From Camelus ferus (lineage: Eukaryota), in NCBI RefSeq assembly GCF_009834535.1, contig NC_045724.1:7254001-7318000 (forward strand): a DNA stretch of 64,000 nt, read 5' to 3'. This document shows positions 12,299 through 25,399 of the stretch, piece by piece. Position 1 is the first letter of the stretch; each line of letters begins with the position of its first letter. The notes beneath the pieces were generated by a model. It was not told the origin of the DNA, did not search any database, and saw nothing but the letters and a program-made list of their open reading frames with translations. Made by a program: the position numbers and the translations under genes.

Positions 12299-15200
12299 CT
12301 GTAATTGGATGGAAAATATTAATATTACATTTTATTTAAAGCCTCCAAACCAAACAAATATTATCAATATAACTTTTTAAAAAGCATTAATCAAGTACAC
12401 TAGTTTGTTAGTAATGGTTATGTATTGAGATGGAAGTGTTCACAATTCCAAATACTGAGAGGGAAGGAGTGAACAGCTTGCTGCAAGCCATTGCTACCAT
12501 AAGAAAAAAAAATCAAACCCATCCTGAGGATCAGCAGAATTTCATTTAAAGAATAATATATATCATGTATCATGTAATTCTTTTCAAATAGCTATGGGCA
12601 TGGACTAAGGTTTAAAATTTTAAAAGAGCAATTCTTTTCTCATGTAAATAAGCTTTCATTTACAGCAATCAAATTAATTTGTCAAATTCTTTTACTAATA
12701 GGAATTCAGCCACTTTCTCGCTGACCTTAAAATATTCAAGTTAGAATATGCTGGGCATCTCATTATGTTTAACACTATTAAAGACAAAAAAGAAATCTCA
12801 GGAAACACTGAGTCAAATAGTTACAAAGTTGTCTTTACCTTTAGATTAGATTTTCAAAATAGCTTATCTCTTTAAGGTCATAAATATTCTCCATCAGGTA
12901 AATTTTCTGAACTCAAAATTCTTAATGTTTATCATTTTCCTTCTTATCAATCGTACAAGTATTCATTATAGTTCAGTTTAGCATCACTAAAGTTATGGTA
13001 TTTCCTATAAGGGCCATATGATGATAAATCAGCAAGAAAAAGGAGCGTGATCTCAGTTTTGGAACACTGTCTATACTAGTCATTAACTGTGCCTTTGGGC
13101 AAGTCACCATCCCTGAGCCTACAAAGCAGCACTCCGAATGTTTCTAATTAGGAACTTCAGGACTTCCCTCACCCAGTGACTAGGCGGGTAAGCTCCCTAG
13201 ACTAGGCAGAGGTGGCTATCCTCTCAGCACCTGAATAGCACATGGTGTACTGTCCAATCACTTTGTAATCATTTTTTCCAACAGATAAACTGCTCAAACA
13301 TTTCTGAAAATGCTGACCTTACTTTAAGTGTTAAAAATCCACATTTTCTTCGGCACAAAATATTAATTCAAATACAAGTCATTTCTATAAAATAATGAAA
13401 CATACATAAGTACAGATCTTTAAGTGTATGAGCCTGGGAAAAACATGGAGAAGATACATACTGGATTGTAAAACATGCTGGGAGAACCGGTATGCTTGAA
13501 GGGGAGAAGGGAGGAGGAAGAATCAGGGGAAAAAGGGTTTAGGGAACAGAGGTGTTGTTAGGACTGCAAAGAGTTCTCCTGGAAATAATATTCTACATGG
13601 TGGCGAGACTCCTTAACAGTCTCAAGTCTCCATTTAACCCCATCATGGTTATGGCTAAAGTACAAAAACACTAGGTTTCATTCTGAGTCCTAAACACAGG
13701 GGGTCATGCATATAATAATCCCAATTCTCTGAAAGTACAACAGGTCACATGATCCATCTAAGAATTTCTGTGCTGCTTCCAGGTATGAGAAGTCAACCGA
13801 AGGAACCACAATACCAGAATTTCAGGACACTTCAGTATTTCAGAGGAACAATGAAACATTATAGGTAACCCTCAAATCTGGAATATACAATCACTATAGA
13901 ATGAAGCACAAAAAGCAGAGAATTTCTTTTGCATTTCCAACTGACCCTCGGCTTGGCAGCCTCCCTATTACTTCCCATTGTCTCAAGTGCATACTTACAC
14001 TTTATACTTGTATGATAATCCCATCCCCACATTCTTGCTCTGTCATACTGAAATGTCTCATGTTCTAAATCAGTTACTTTCTCCTCCTACCAAAACACCC
14101 AATCCTAAGCAAAAACTGCTAACAGCCACAGTTGGGGGAAAGTAATCAAAACAATTCATGGCTAAGTCCCAAATTTTTGCTTTTGGGGGCTGGAGGAAAG
14201 AAAGTGAGGTAAAGACATCAAACTATTTAGCAAAGGGGAATGAAAATGTTTAGGACTTATACGAATATATAAATAACTAAACCAATACTAAAAACAACTA
14301 TAATAATTACTGCTATACTCTAAATTTTCTATAAAAGCATCATACAGTTTACTTGAGCTCCCTTTTATGAAACTGCTTGAGTAAGACTTTTCACTAATTT
14401 GCTTACGCTCTTCTCTATTCACTACAGAAAATTTCCAAACTGCATCTTTCTTTGATGCAAGCCTGAAACTAAGTTTTGCTATGCATGCCATACCTGCCGA
14501 GCAGTGCTCTTTTGGTCCAAAGTTCTAACAGATATTATAGTAACAGTAGAAATACTTGGAAGAATCAAAAATTTTAAGCACTGATCGAAGTTTGGCAGCA
14601 CATCATGAAGTGTTTATGGAAGCAGTAAATTAGCATTTACAAGTCAAGAACTGCCTGAAGTTTATACACCAAGTAGTTCAAAACACTTTAAGGAGGTGGC
14701 TGTGTCTAACTGTAGCAGTCATTTTAGGCTATGGTCACTGTGTTCTGAATTTTCTGAGCCAGTCCCAATTTCTGCAATTCTCTGCCATTATCAGATCAAA
14801 TGTCCTAATTTTTAAAAAGAACTTAAACAAAAGCCTACCCACCAAAACATTTGCCCATTCTATTTTTGACATAAACTATATAAATCAAACACTATTCAAC
14901 CACTAGTTTTTCTTATTACTACTGTGTAAGAACAGCAATGGTCCCTGCTTTTACAAGCACCACTAGTAATTTCTCCTTCACTACTGATCACAGCACTATG
15001 CCATGTTGTTGTAACACCTATTAAATACGCCCTTCACAATAAAGGGTTTACAAGTTGAGGGAGTATATGTACTCTCCAAGGGGAGTATTATTTGAGGATT
15101 TGGGTAAAACAGAGATAAATAAGCACTAAAATTGCCATTATTTGCTGATCCAAATAAATGGTCCCTAAGAACTCATTCAAGTCATCAGTCTCTCTAGTTC

Positions 15201-15559
15201 CTTCTTTAACAGTCTATGCCCATCCTTAGTATATTGATAAAAATGAGCTATCACAGGTAAATAAAAAATATACTGATGAAAAAAGTCAAACATTTTGTTA
15301 TACCAGAGATTCTATAAACATTAACAAGTTTTCATTTTTTTTATTTGTGAAGATGCTCATAATTACAATTTTAGATCTAGAAGAGATCTTAATTAACCCT
15401 CCCAAATCAAGAAAATATAGATGTGTACATTTAGTTAAAACCCTCATACCTTATTATCTTCAAATTTATTCCCAGAGAGGCCAAAAATTAGTAAATATTT
15501 TGCTCAGAGAAAAAACTGATAAAAGCTTGAAAAATTCTGACTTTATTCACATTGAATGA

Positions 15560-16450
15560 GCACTAAGGGAATGCCTAGTTTAGACAGGTTCTACACTGGA
15601 GAGCCAAAATGAATTAGTTCCCAACTTAAAGTTATCACTGATGGGCAAGATTCTCAAGGTTTAACAAGGGTGTTATGAGAATAGAGGAAGTGTATCTAAT
15701 CCCATTTTGAGGGGTGAGGGGGCGATGCTTTTTGGAAGAAAACCCTGAGCAGAGCCTTAAGAGATGCAAGGATGGGATAGGAGGATGAGCATTCTAAGCA
15801 AATGAGAAAACATGAGAAAAAGAACCAGGATGGTCTACAGCATCCTCACAATTCTAATTTATAAAAGAACTTCAAGGTGATTCCCCCCCAAACCCAAGAT
15901 TTGCAAATATGCACTATGACTATTTTTGGAGGTAAGTGTCTACAACTTGCATCAGATTATTAAGATGTTTGAATCTGGTACAAGATAAAGAACCACTGCC
16001 TATTGGTGCCTACAGAGCTTTAGAAGTAGAGTGATCTGATTGGATTAGTAGATCAAGAGGACTGTGGCAGCAGAAGTGGAGGATAAGTACCAGGGGATGA
16101 AGACTGAAGACACTGGGGACCAGGGAAAGCTACTGTTAACAGTGTAACACACATACTAGCAGGAAACAAGGATCCCAACTAAGTAAGACAGATGCTATTA
16201 ATGGGGGAAGGGTAGTGAGACAGAGCCTAGAAAAAAATTTGGAAGAAAAAAGATTTGGAAATCAGACCTTGAGTGATTAACTAGATTTCAAGGTGGGGAG
16301 GGAGAATCACAGGGTCTTCATAGCATTCTAGCTGAAGAAGCTAGATAATGCCACCAACCTGCAGAGAACTGCCCTACCCAGGAGGAGAGTGGGAGATAAC
16401 TCCAGTTGCAGTGAGTTCATCTGTAGTCAATCCATAAATGATAAGAAAAA
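15560..16450 (-). mobile_element. L2 relics with embedded MER5 pieces
   Basis: gagcagagccttaagagatgc...gcattctaagcaaatgag...gagtgattaactagattt...gataactccagtt. Confidence 0.55.
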
Positions 16451-16809
16451 GCTATTTGGCTAAAAATCAAGTAATTAGTATTTACTTCCCTATCCAGAAT
16501 TACAGTCCTCTTTTGATAAACGGATTGAGAAAAAAAGACATTTCCAACAAACATGAAAGTGTAAACTGAAAGCATTAAAAACAAAAATCTTTACTACTTT
16601 TGTTGCAGCAACCCACTGGAACAGTACCTTGAAAAAATAAAAACCTAATGTCCACCTACAACTCCTAATTTTAAGAAACCAAATTCAATTTCTAGCATGA
16701 GGACAAAGGACGGCACAGCAAATGTATGTCAAATAGATGACTTCTGGTGGTAATGACAAATTATAATAGTCAATAGACAAAGAAAGGAAGGTCTCATTTG
16801 CAACCTTCT

Positions 16810-16920
16810 ATCGCTTCTCTGATCTGCTTGAGTGATGGCTTCTCTTGCAGTTTCAGAAATTCTAAATCTATAGGTCTGGGGTAGAAGTCTTCAGGTGATT
16901 ATAACATCCAGCCAATTTTA
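16810..16920. mobile_element. MER5-type fragment
   Basis: cagaaattctaaatctataggtctggggtag...caggtgatt. Confidence 0.5.
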
Positions 16921-19900
16921 GATGCCAAAAATATGCTTTATTACCAGCTTTCCTCAAAACCTACCTACATCCACACTACATAGGTACTTCTATACATATT
17001 TCATCATGGAGAGTTCACCTGTGCTTAAAAACTGCTAAATTACCCATTTGTTAAACAGAATAAAATACAATCATTTCAGCACGACAGGAGATTGTCCATA
17101 TCCTGGATTCTATCTGCCTATTCAAACCTGATTTTTCATGCTGCTCAACAACCAAATCATCCACTTCTTAGACACATCAAAGCATCAATTTCCATTATGC
17201 TTCAAACTGCAATGCCTAGAATGCCTTCTCCCCTTTTCAACAACTATTCATTTAATATAATTAAGTTCAGGAGCCAATTCTACAAGCTTTTCCCAACTTT
17301 CACAAATTGATGACTCCTTTCCTTTAGTGTCTAACTGTAACCCGAACATACTTCTAACATGGTAGCTATCAGTTTGCCATGCCTGTCTCCCCTTATTAGA
17401 ATACAGGTTCCTTGAGGGCAGAGAAATATCTGGCTCCAGTGCCTTGAATCTACCCAATACATATAAGTAAATTTAAGGGGAAAGAGGTCAATCCTAGATA
17501 CGCTAAGTTATAGTTGAAATCATAAGGGAAACGAACCAGTTTTTTTTACCAAATCAAATACAATGAATTAATGTTAGAACCTATATAAATATTAAACAAA
17601 TTAGCTATTTAATGGGCATAGGCTCTGTGCTCATTTGTACTATCTATTTCTCTTTCCTAGTGAAAGGTTTTTCAGGCTTTCTTACAAAGTAATCATTAAA
17701 AACAAAACAAACATTTGAGCCTTATTTCTGCCAAATGCAAAGAAGGCTGGTAGATCTGTCCCACCTTTGCTTTCGTTACTCACCAACATATTCCAATTAG
17801 TAATTTCAATCAGACCACTGATCGTAATTAAGTATTTACTTTATGGAAAGGTTAACTAAATTTATAACAGTAACACATTTTTGAGTGCATGTTTTAGGCT
17901 TACTAAACTGGAAGAGTTGAGAGAATGTGACTTAGGCTATGAAAATTTCACAACTAGGTAGAAAGTGATCTGAACCAAGATACAGTGGTAATCACTGTTA
18001 CTAAAGCAATTATAAAGTCCTCAAGCCAAATGATCAAATCCTGAATGAGCTAATCATCATCGAACTCGACTCTGAAATACAGTCAGTTGTTACTCAAAGT
18101 AGAAACTGTACACTGTCCTTTACATCCTTATATTCACATCCTTATAAACACAGGGATCTTTCTGAAACAGAAGGCTGTGAATGATTCTGAAAGCATATTT
18201 ACAGATTGTCCCATGAGCAATCCTTAACAATCAACATCCAAGTAACAGAGTATCAAAATTTTTAAGAACGTGCCACAATCTTTTGGTCACCACTATGGAA
18301 TTAGTGGAAAATGACTTTTCTCTCTTACAGAGGCACAAGAAAAAGTAAAGTAGCCCTTACTGATAGATTTGGCCAAACTGCTCTCAAAAAAACAGGCCTC
18401 CTTAAAATTAACAAAAAGGGCACAGGGGATAAAGGGCATGAACTACCCACCAGACACAAACTCTTGCCTGAGGAGCTCCAAAACTCTGATTTCACTATTT
18501 TTAAGACAGGAGAAAGCTAATGCAAAACATTCTTTATGAAAGTGAGGAAAACGGCAGTATGGTAGGTCTCCAAATGTTCAAAGAACTGAATGGCCAAAGT
18601 CTCTAGAAGTATGAAGAGGAGAAATGGTTTGCCCTCTAGACTCAAGAGTGACTTCATGAGATAAAGTGGCTTCCAAACTGACTAAACTGGTAACACTGGG
18701 ACGCGAGGTACCAGGCCACAAAAAAAATCTTGTTATAATTATCGGCACTGGAAATAAGTCATGATGATAATTAATAACAATTATCATTTACTAAATGATT
18801 TTGTGCTGGCATAAATACTTTGCCTACAGGGGGAAACTAGAAGTTAACTCCTCTGCCTGCCAAGAAAAAGGATTAGGACTCAGGTCCCCCTACTTAAACT
18901 CAAGAAAGCTCATATAGACTGTGTTATACTGCCTCCTACAGGTAATCAAAGGCTACAGGGCAATGAAAAAAATGATTAACTGCCCATAGGAGGAAAGGTC
19001 AGTTCTTGAACCTGTCACTCATATTAACAAGACAAAGAGATTCTGTAGGTGGTACCTGGGGTCAGTCTCAAGGTAATACCCTAAACTAAGGTTATTTAGA
19101 ATGAAAGTAAGAGAAATAATTAGGATCAATTCAGAGTAGAAACATCCAAAATCCAATCAAGGGAGCCAATAAATAGCCTTAGACTAACATAACTTACTAA
19201 GTCATATTATTCTCAATCGAATGAGAGAATGTCCTAAGAGAAAGAAGATGGTTTGCAAGAAGGGAGCTTCGGGGGGGCAAAGCGTAAGGGAGAGATTACC
19301 CTCAAGTGCAGAAAAGGTTTTACCTAGGAATGAATTCCCTAGTCCAGATATATGCCTAGGGGAGAAGATACACCATACTAAGTCTATCATAAGGTTATCC
19401 AACTAGTTCCCCTTCCTCTAATTTCAGGTTCACTAAGCAGCTAATTATAATTTGCACTCCCATTCAGATTTGCCTACATGGAGAGACTGCACTGAGACGA
19501 GCAACTGGTCCACGGCGTATGAAGAAAATCCATTCTGACTTTCTTCTTAAAATTTTTAAAATAACCAACTTACCAATATTTAGAAAAGCACATTTTCATC
19601 TCACAAGCCTTCCACCTCTATCACCTAAGTAACTTCGAGAATACATAACCCTTTAAAGCCTCTAGACTCCTCTTCGGCAAAATGGGAACAAATTCATTAC
19701 TTGCCAGTGTGAGGGAAATGTGCGTTTGGCATACAGAAGACAAGTCTGGCACTCCAATGCCCAAGCTCACAAAGCTAGTAATTGCAGAAAGCTGAGATCT
19801 GAACCTAGATTTACTCTAAAACCCATCTTTTTTTCCATTGCAACACTCCTTATAGACGCTAGTCTCATTTATCACCGAGAACTGTTAAGATTTGGGACAA

Positions 19901-21199
19901 TTTACTCAACCTTCCTGGGCCTTTTATCTTTAAGTGACCTTCCTTCTAGGGCTTAGGCAACTAAAAGTTGTGCAAAAACTGTTGCCATTGCCCCCTGAGA
20001 AAAATAACCCTATGGTTTAAAGTTAAAGCCTCAACTTCTGAGACACGTCTGTGCCATCGGGTTATTAGATAGTACCTATTTAGCTCCAGTCGAAGTGTTC
20101 TAAACAGCAAGATCACTCCAATAAACACACAAAAGGACTAATATCTGAAAGGTGACTTTCTAAAATCAATGACTAGCTACCAGTACAAAAGCATGAATTC
20201 CACCCACCACCACAGGTTGTCTAAAAGTCTTAGAAGGGCCTATCAACATCTGCTTGGCTTGAAAAGGGATTACCAAAATGGTAAGGCTACTATCTTTAGA
20301 CTAGAAATATTAAAATAAGAGCTAAGAAGAACTAAAGTACAGCTTGCTTGTTTTATAACTAAGAACTTGTGATTTCGAGGAGTTTGGTAAATATATTATC
20401 TAACAGTCCGAATCAAACTACTTGATACAAACAACTTTACATTAAACATTTCTAATGTGCTAAATTTAAAGTAAACTACTTGTATAAGGAACTTTTTGAA
20501 AGGGTGGGACTACAGAAAATTTCAGCACAGAAATCTGAGTAGAAGGAAACATGTAAAAATCACCATAATTTACCCAAAGAATGCCTTTGGTAAGAAAAGT
20601 TAGTTTAACGGAGATGAATTTAATAAAATTATTCATGAAAAAGGAGTGATACCCAAATAGCTTCCTCTGTAATTACATCCTGCTCTCATATTTCACATTA
20701 TTCTGGCCTAATACAAAGAAATTTCTCGTTTGGATGTTCTCCTAAAAGGGGTAGCGTCAAGGGTTAAGGAAATTGTTTAATTCATTCTTCAAAGAGTTAC
20801 CAGATTTGACTTCCACCAGCAACACTACAAACAAGCAGCTTTTCTAAAATCACAGCTAATAACATTTTGACCACAAAGTCAACCTTAAAGGGTTTTAAAC
20901 CTTCAACCTCGCTTTCTTAAACTTTCCTTTTGATTCAACCTGATGGGCAAAGAAATCTGAGTCAGGAAAAAAAAAAAAACAAAACAAAACTCAGCGCTAC
21001 GATTAGAAAATTGTCATTCCATCCATCTCCCCTCAACCCCCACAGACAACTTTTTGAAAACTTGTTCTCAGGCTTTCTAAACCCCCACACATAAGCTTCC
21101 TACACCTCTTCCCCAACAGGAAAGATGCCTGCACCCAGGAAAGTGGTTTTAACTGATAAACCTTTCCCTAAAAGATCTCAAAAAGTAGAAGCAGTATCT

Positions 21200-23630
21200 A
21201 CTCTACCTGGGCGTTGGCTTCGTGGAGTTTGTGCTCGGTAGAGACGTGGTGCCTCAGAAGGAGGGTTTTCTTGTAGTTGCGAGTCCCTCGCGAAAGCTCG
21301 TCGTGCCCTACTTGAGGCAGGTCCCCGCTTCCCCCATCCTCGGGGGTCTTTTGGCACCAGCCGCAAGACATTAGGCCAGTATCCTTGGAATACCGCAGCC
21401 AGGGAAAATCTTTGAGCCAAGAGGTCTGGAAGGAGCACTGTAGCTTCTGCATTAGGGACTTGGGCCGCGCGAGCGGGAATTGCTGGACAGTCTCTCCTTC
21501 GCCGACTCCCACTCCGCNNNNNNNNNNNNNNNNNNNNNNNNNNNNNNNNNNNNNNNNNNNNNNNNNNNNNNNNNNNNNNNNNNNNNNNNNNNNNNNNNNN
21601 NNNNNNNNNNNNNNNNNNNNNNNNNNNNNNNNNNNNNNNNNNNNNNNNNNNNNNNNNNNNNNNNNNNNNNNNNNNNNNNNNNNNNNNNNNNNNNNNNNNN
21701 NNNNNGGCCCTCGGCCATTGAAATGCCTTAGGGGCCACGCCGAGGTCTCGGGGCGGCCGCGGCTCCTGCCATTGTTGCCGAGCCCCCCGCCGCCGCCGCC
21801 GCCGCGGAAGGCCAGAGTCCGACGGTTCCTTTCCGCTAGCAGAGGGCCCCCCGCGCCACCGCCGCCCAGCGAGGTGGGGCCGCCCGCGTCCTGGGGGAGC
21901 AGCAACTCCTTGGCTTCCTCGGCGGCGGTGGCCGCCCCGGCGGAGGCCTCCAGGTCTTGGGGCTCCAGGCCCTCCAATTCCACTTCCTCGTCGGCCCCCC
22001 GCCCATTGAGCTGCTGCGGCGCTGGCGGCTGGGGCTGTCTCGGCTGGGGCTGCTGGGGCCAAGCCGAGGCCTCCCCGCCAACGTTATTGTTCGCGGAGCC
22101 GCCGCCGCCGCCNNNNNNNNNNNNNNNNNNNNNNNNNNNNNNNNNNNNNNNNNNNNNNNNNNNNNNNNNNNNNNNNNNNNNNNNNNNNNNNNNNNNNNNN
22201 NNNNNNNNNNNNNNNNNNNNNNNNNNNNNNNNNNNNNNNNNNNNNNNNNNNNNNNNNNNNNNCCCCGCCCCCACCCCGGGCGTTCCGGTCTCGCGGGGCT
22301 CGGCCTCGCCCTCCCGCCCGGCCGCCGGGCTCGCGCTCGCTCCCGGGGCTGCCTCACGCGTCCGCCGCCGCCACCCGCCGGGCCGCCGCCTCCGGCCGCC
22401 TCCTCGTCCTCCACCCCCGCCCCGCTGCGCTCCGGGCAGCGTCCCGCGCGGAGAAGGGGGCGGGCGGCGGAGAGGTGAGCAGCGAGCCGGGGCGCGTGGG
22501 GCCTTCGAAGTTGAGAGGCGGAGTGCGGGGGGACCCTCCGCTGCTCCCTCTTTGAAGCCGCGCGCACACACCGACCCTCCAAACAGATATCCTTCCTCCG
22601 GCGCGCCGAGGAGTCCCGACGCCGCCGCCGGCTTCCGAGGCGCTGAAGGCGAGAGGCACGTTAAACTGCCGGGCTCCGCCANNNNNNNNNNNNNNNNNNN
22701 NNNNNNNNNNNNNNNNNNNNNNNNNNNNNNNNNNNNNNNNNNNNNNNNNNNNNNNNNNNNNNNNNNNNNNNNNNNNNNNNNNNNNNNNNNNNNNNNNNNN
22801 NNNNNNNNNNNNNNNNNNNNNNNNNNNNNNNNNNNNNNNNNNNNNNNNNNNNNNNNNNNNNNNNNNNNNTGGGGGCGCTGGGGGACCGGGAAAGGGGCCG
22901 GGCCGCGCCTCCGGCCTGGGGGCGGGGGTGCGGCCGCGGGGAAGGAAGTCGGCCGAGGGGCGGGGGACAAAAGGCCGGGCGGCGGGCTGGGGGTCTCGGG
23001 GAGGGAAGGGCGTGTGCGGCCGGGGCCGGGCTCCGCGGAGGACAAACAGCTGGCGAGTGTCAGGGTCTGGCCACCTCCCCGCTTCCCGCACGCACCTACC
23101 CGCGCCCGGGACGCACATTTTCCTGCTCTGGCCAGGAGTTCACCNNNNNNNNNNNNNNNNNNNNNNNNNNNNNNNNNNNNNNNNNNNNNNNNNNNNNNNN
23201 NNNNNNNNNNNNNNNNNNNNNNNNNNNNNNNNNNNNNNNNNNNNNNNNNNNNNNNNNNNNNNNNNNNNNNNNNNNNNNNNNNNNNNNNNNNNCCACGGAC
23301 ATCTCGTCCGATGCATTGTGTGTGCGAGGCTGCACCTCAGGCCCANNNNNNNNNNNNNNNNNNNNNNNNNNNNNNNNNNNNNNNNNNNNNNNNNNNNNNN
23401 NNNNNNNNNNNNNNNNNNNNNNNNNNNNNNNNNNNNNNNNNNNNNNNNNNNNNNNNNNNNNNNNNNNNNNNNNNNNNNNNNNNNNNNNNNNNNNNNNNNN
23501 NNNNNNNNNNNNNNNNNNNNNNNNNNNNNNNNNNNNNNNNNNNNNNNNNNNNNNNNNNNNNNNNNNNNNNNNNNNNNNNNNNNNNNNNNTCTGCTTATAC
23601 AGACGCTGCGTGCGACTCCGACGATCGTGT
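21200..23630. promoter_or_regulatory. ZBTB10: CpG island covering the ZBTB10 promoter, 5'UTR and exon 1
   Basis: Abrupt switch from AT-rich, CpG-poor DNA to very GC- and CpG-rich DNA. Contains GC box GGGGCGGGG (~22919-22927), GCC triplet runs and G-tract clusters (22871-22902, 22981-23010). The exact TSS cannot be determined. Confidence 0.9.
21207..22178 (-). CDS. ZBTB10: ZBTB10 coding exon 1 (Gly/Pro-rich N-terminus plus C2H2/TTF-like motif); start codon hidden in the N-run 22113-22262, so 22178 is an estimate
   Basis: Visible frame 22112->21207 reads [26 protein letters not shown]...[28 protein letters not shown]...[16 protein letters not shown]. Donor CAG|GTAGAG at 21206-21205. The start is estimated from the recalled orthologous N-terminus (22 more codons). 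Confidence 0.92.
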
Positions 23631-25337
23631 GTATAAAGACAAGAACTGATCTTTAGGACTTGTTTTTTAACTGTTCACACTGTATCTAGGATTTAGAATG
23701 ATTAGAAGAACAGATTGAGCCAGAAATGAAACTCTTATAATAATCGTACTCAAGTATTTCAGAAAAAGATTTCCCAACTTAGAGCCCTTACTTTAAAAAA
23801 AAAATTTAGTATGCCACAATGAGCAGATTTTAAAGTATTTACACTCATTTTACTATTTTGAAATGTGAAATCTTAAACTTTTTTAAACCTATTTCAGGTT
23901 AAAAAAAGGATATTCTCAAACTATGGGGGAGCTTTTTACTCTTAAGAAATACATTAAAACTTTAATCACAAACTAATATAAAATATGTTCAAGATAGTTA
24001 TTGAGTGGGAAAAATGATATTTTATTTTTTACATTAATATATATTAGCATGTACATAGGAAAAAATGAAACAGAAACTCCAGTTATAGGTTATCTAGTGT
24101 TAGAGGTTTTAACTTACATTATATATTAATGAAAAGTTATATATGTTTAATAAAGAGCATGTTACAATTTTCAGGCTCTCTAGTCATGATTCTGTTCAGA
24201 AATTTCTACTTTTAATGTAAATAATATTTGAAGCTTTGAATATATCATGTGGAATATGGAATATGGTATTTTTCCAAGATCAACTTTAAAAAAACAGATT
24301 TTCCCAACCATATTATAAAATATCATTTGTCTTGATATATTTAAACTGACTGAACACATGCATGCATTTCCAGACTCATATTATTGATTGTATAGATTTA
24401 TTCAAAGCAATTTTCACTGTAATTTTATTATCTGTCTAAATGAGCAGTGTTGTATATCAAGCAAAAAATATTAGTTCCACCTTAGAGATGAAATGCAATT
24501 TTTAACATAAAGAATGATGGTACCAACCTACTACAAAAAGATTTTGGCTTTGAGTTATTTTTCCAGTAATAATCATATTGCCACCTATCCATATTGTCAC
24601 CCGGCCACCGGTGATCAACAGCGTGAAATTCCAATAGAGGTCCTCAGATTGGTACAGTTTGTGAGGTTTTTAAACATTTTGTCTTGCTTTTAGTTGTTGA
24701 AAAGTGTAGGACAGGAGAATATTAGAATTTGTACCTTGGAAGAGTGGGAGGATTCTGCCTGCTTGGCTGTATGTATTATGTGCTTCCATGTGATATATGA
24801 AAGAATGTTTTAATAATACTGTTCTTTGTCCTTAATGCATTTTTCAAAATTCCAAACACTTTGCAAATAAATATATTATTAATTCAGTGTTAACTGCCAC
24901 TGCCATCTGCATGAAAAGAGGAAAGAGTTCCTGAAGTTAATTGCTTATCTGGGATTAAGGTGATGGGAAGTAAAATGTACTAAAGAATTTTTCTTTCAAC
25001 TTTAAAGGTTGTTTCCATTCCCAAACTGTTAAATTCATATCTTTGCTTCTTTTCATCTTTATATGCCTTGTACGTAATAGGCATCATGTAAGTTTATGCT
25101 AGTATTATTTTGCTGATATTTTGCTGATTCTGGTGGTACCAGAAGCTGTTAATTGTGTCAGAACTGTAATTTTCTCAGACATATATCTTACTTTATATTT
25201 TGTAAAATCCACATCGTCTTCTGTCTGGAATTATGTTTCAGCATGGACTAATTAGGAATGAACGACACTCGATTCAAGTGGTACAAATAAATGGCTTAAA
25301 TTCTGGGGCCACTGACTTACCAGCCAAACAGCGCGAG

Positions 25338-25356
25338 TGTGTGTGTGTGTGTGTGT
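25338..25356 (+). repeat. (TG)n microsatellite
   Basis: Direct reading. Confidence 0.9.
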
Positions 25357-25399
25357 ATTCATATTTTTTATCATTTTATATTTATAAATATATATTCAG

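Larger units (their letters stand above)
1..22178 (-). other. ZBTB10: ZBTB10 gene body: coding exons 1-4 plus part of exon 5; 3' end lies beyond position 1
   Basis: The spliced translation (exon 1 ...HKLHEANAQ | [49 protein letters not shown]...IKEEP | DLDGALLSGP... | [12 protein letters not shown]... | [15 protein letters not shown]...) matches mammalian ZBTB10 as recalled. All junctions keep frame with AG acceptors and GT/GC donors. Confidence 0.97.

Noticed and set aside
16811-16822. atcgcttctc match to the U2 snRNA 5' end
   Set aside because: Only 10 nt, lies in a MER5-like relic, expected by chance.
21178-23656. Long overlapping ORFs (754, 294, 248, 254, 242 aa) on both strands
   Set aside because: GC-rich DNA is poor in stop codons and the ORFs run through N-runs. 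Only the frame matching ZBTB10 is supported.
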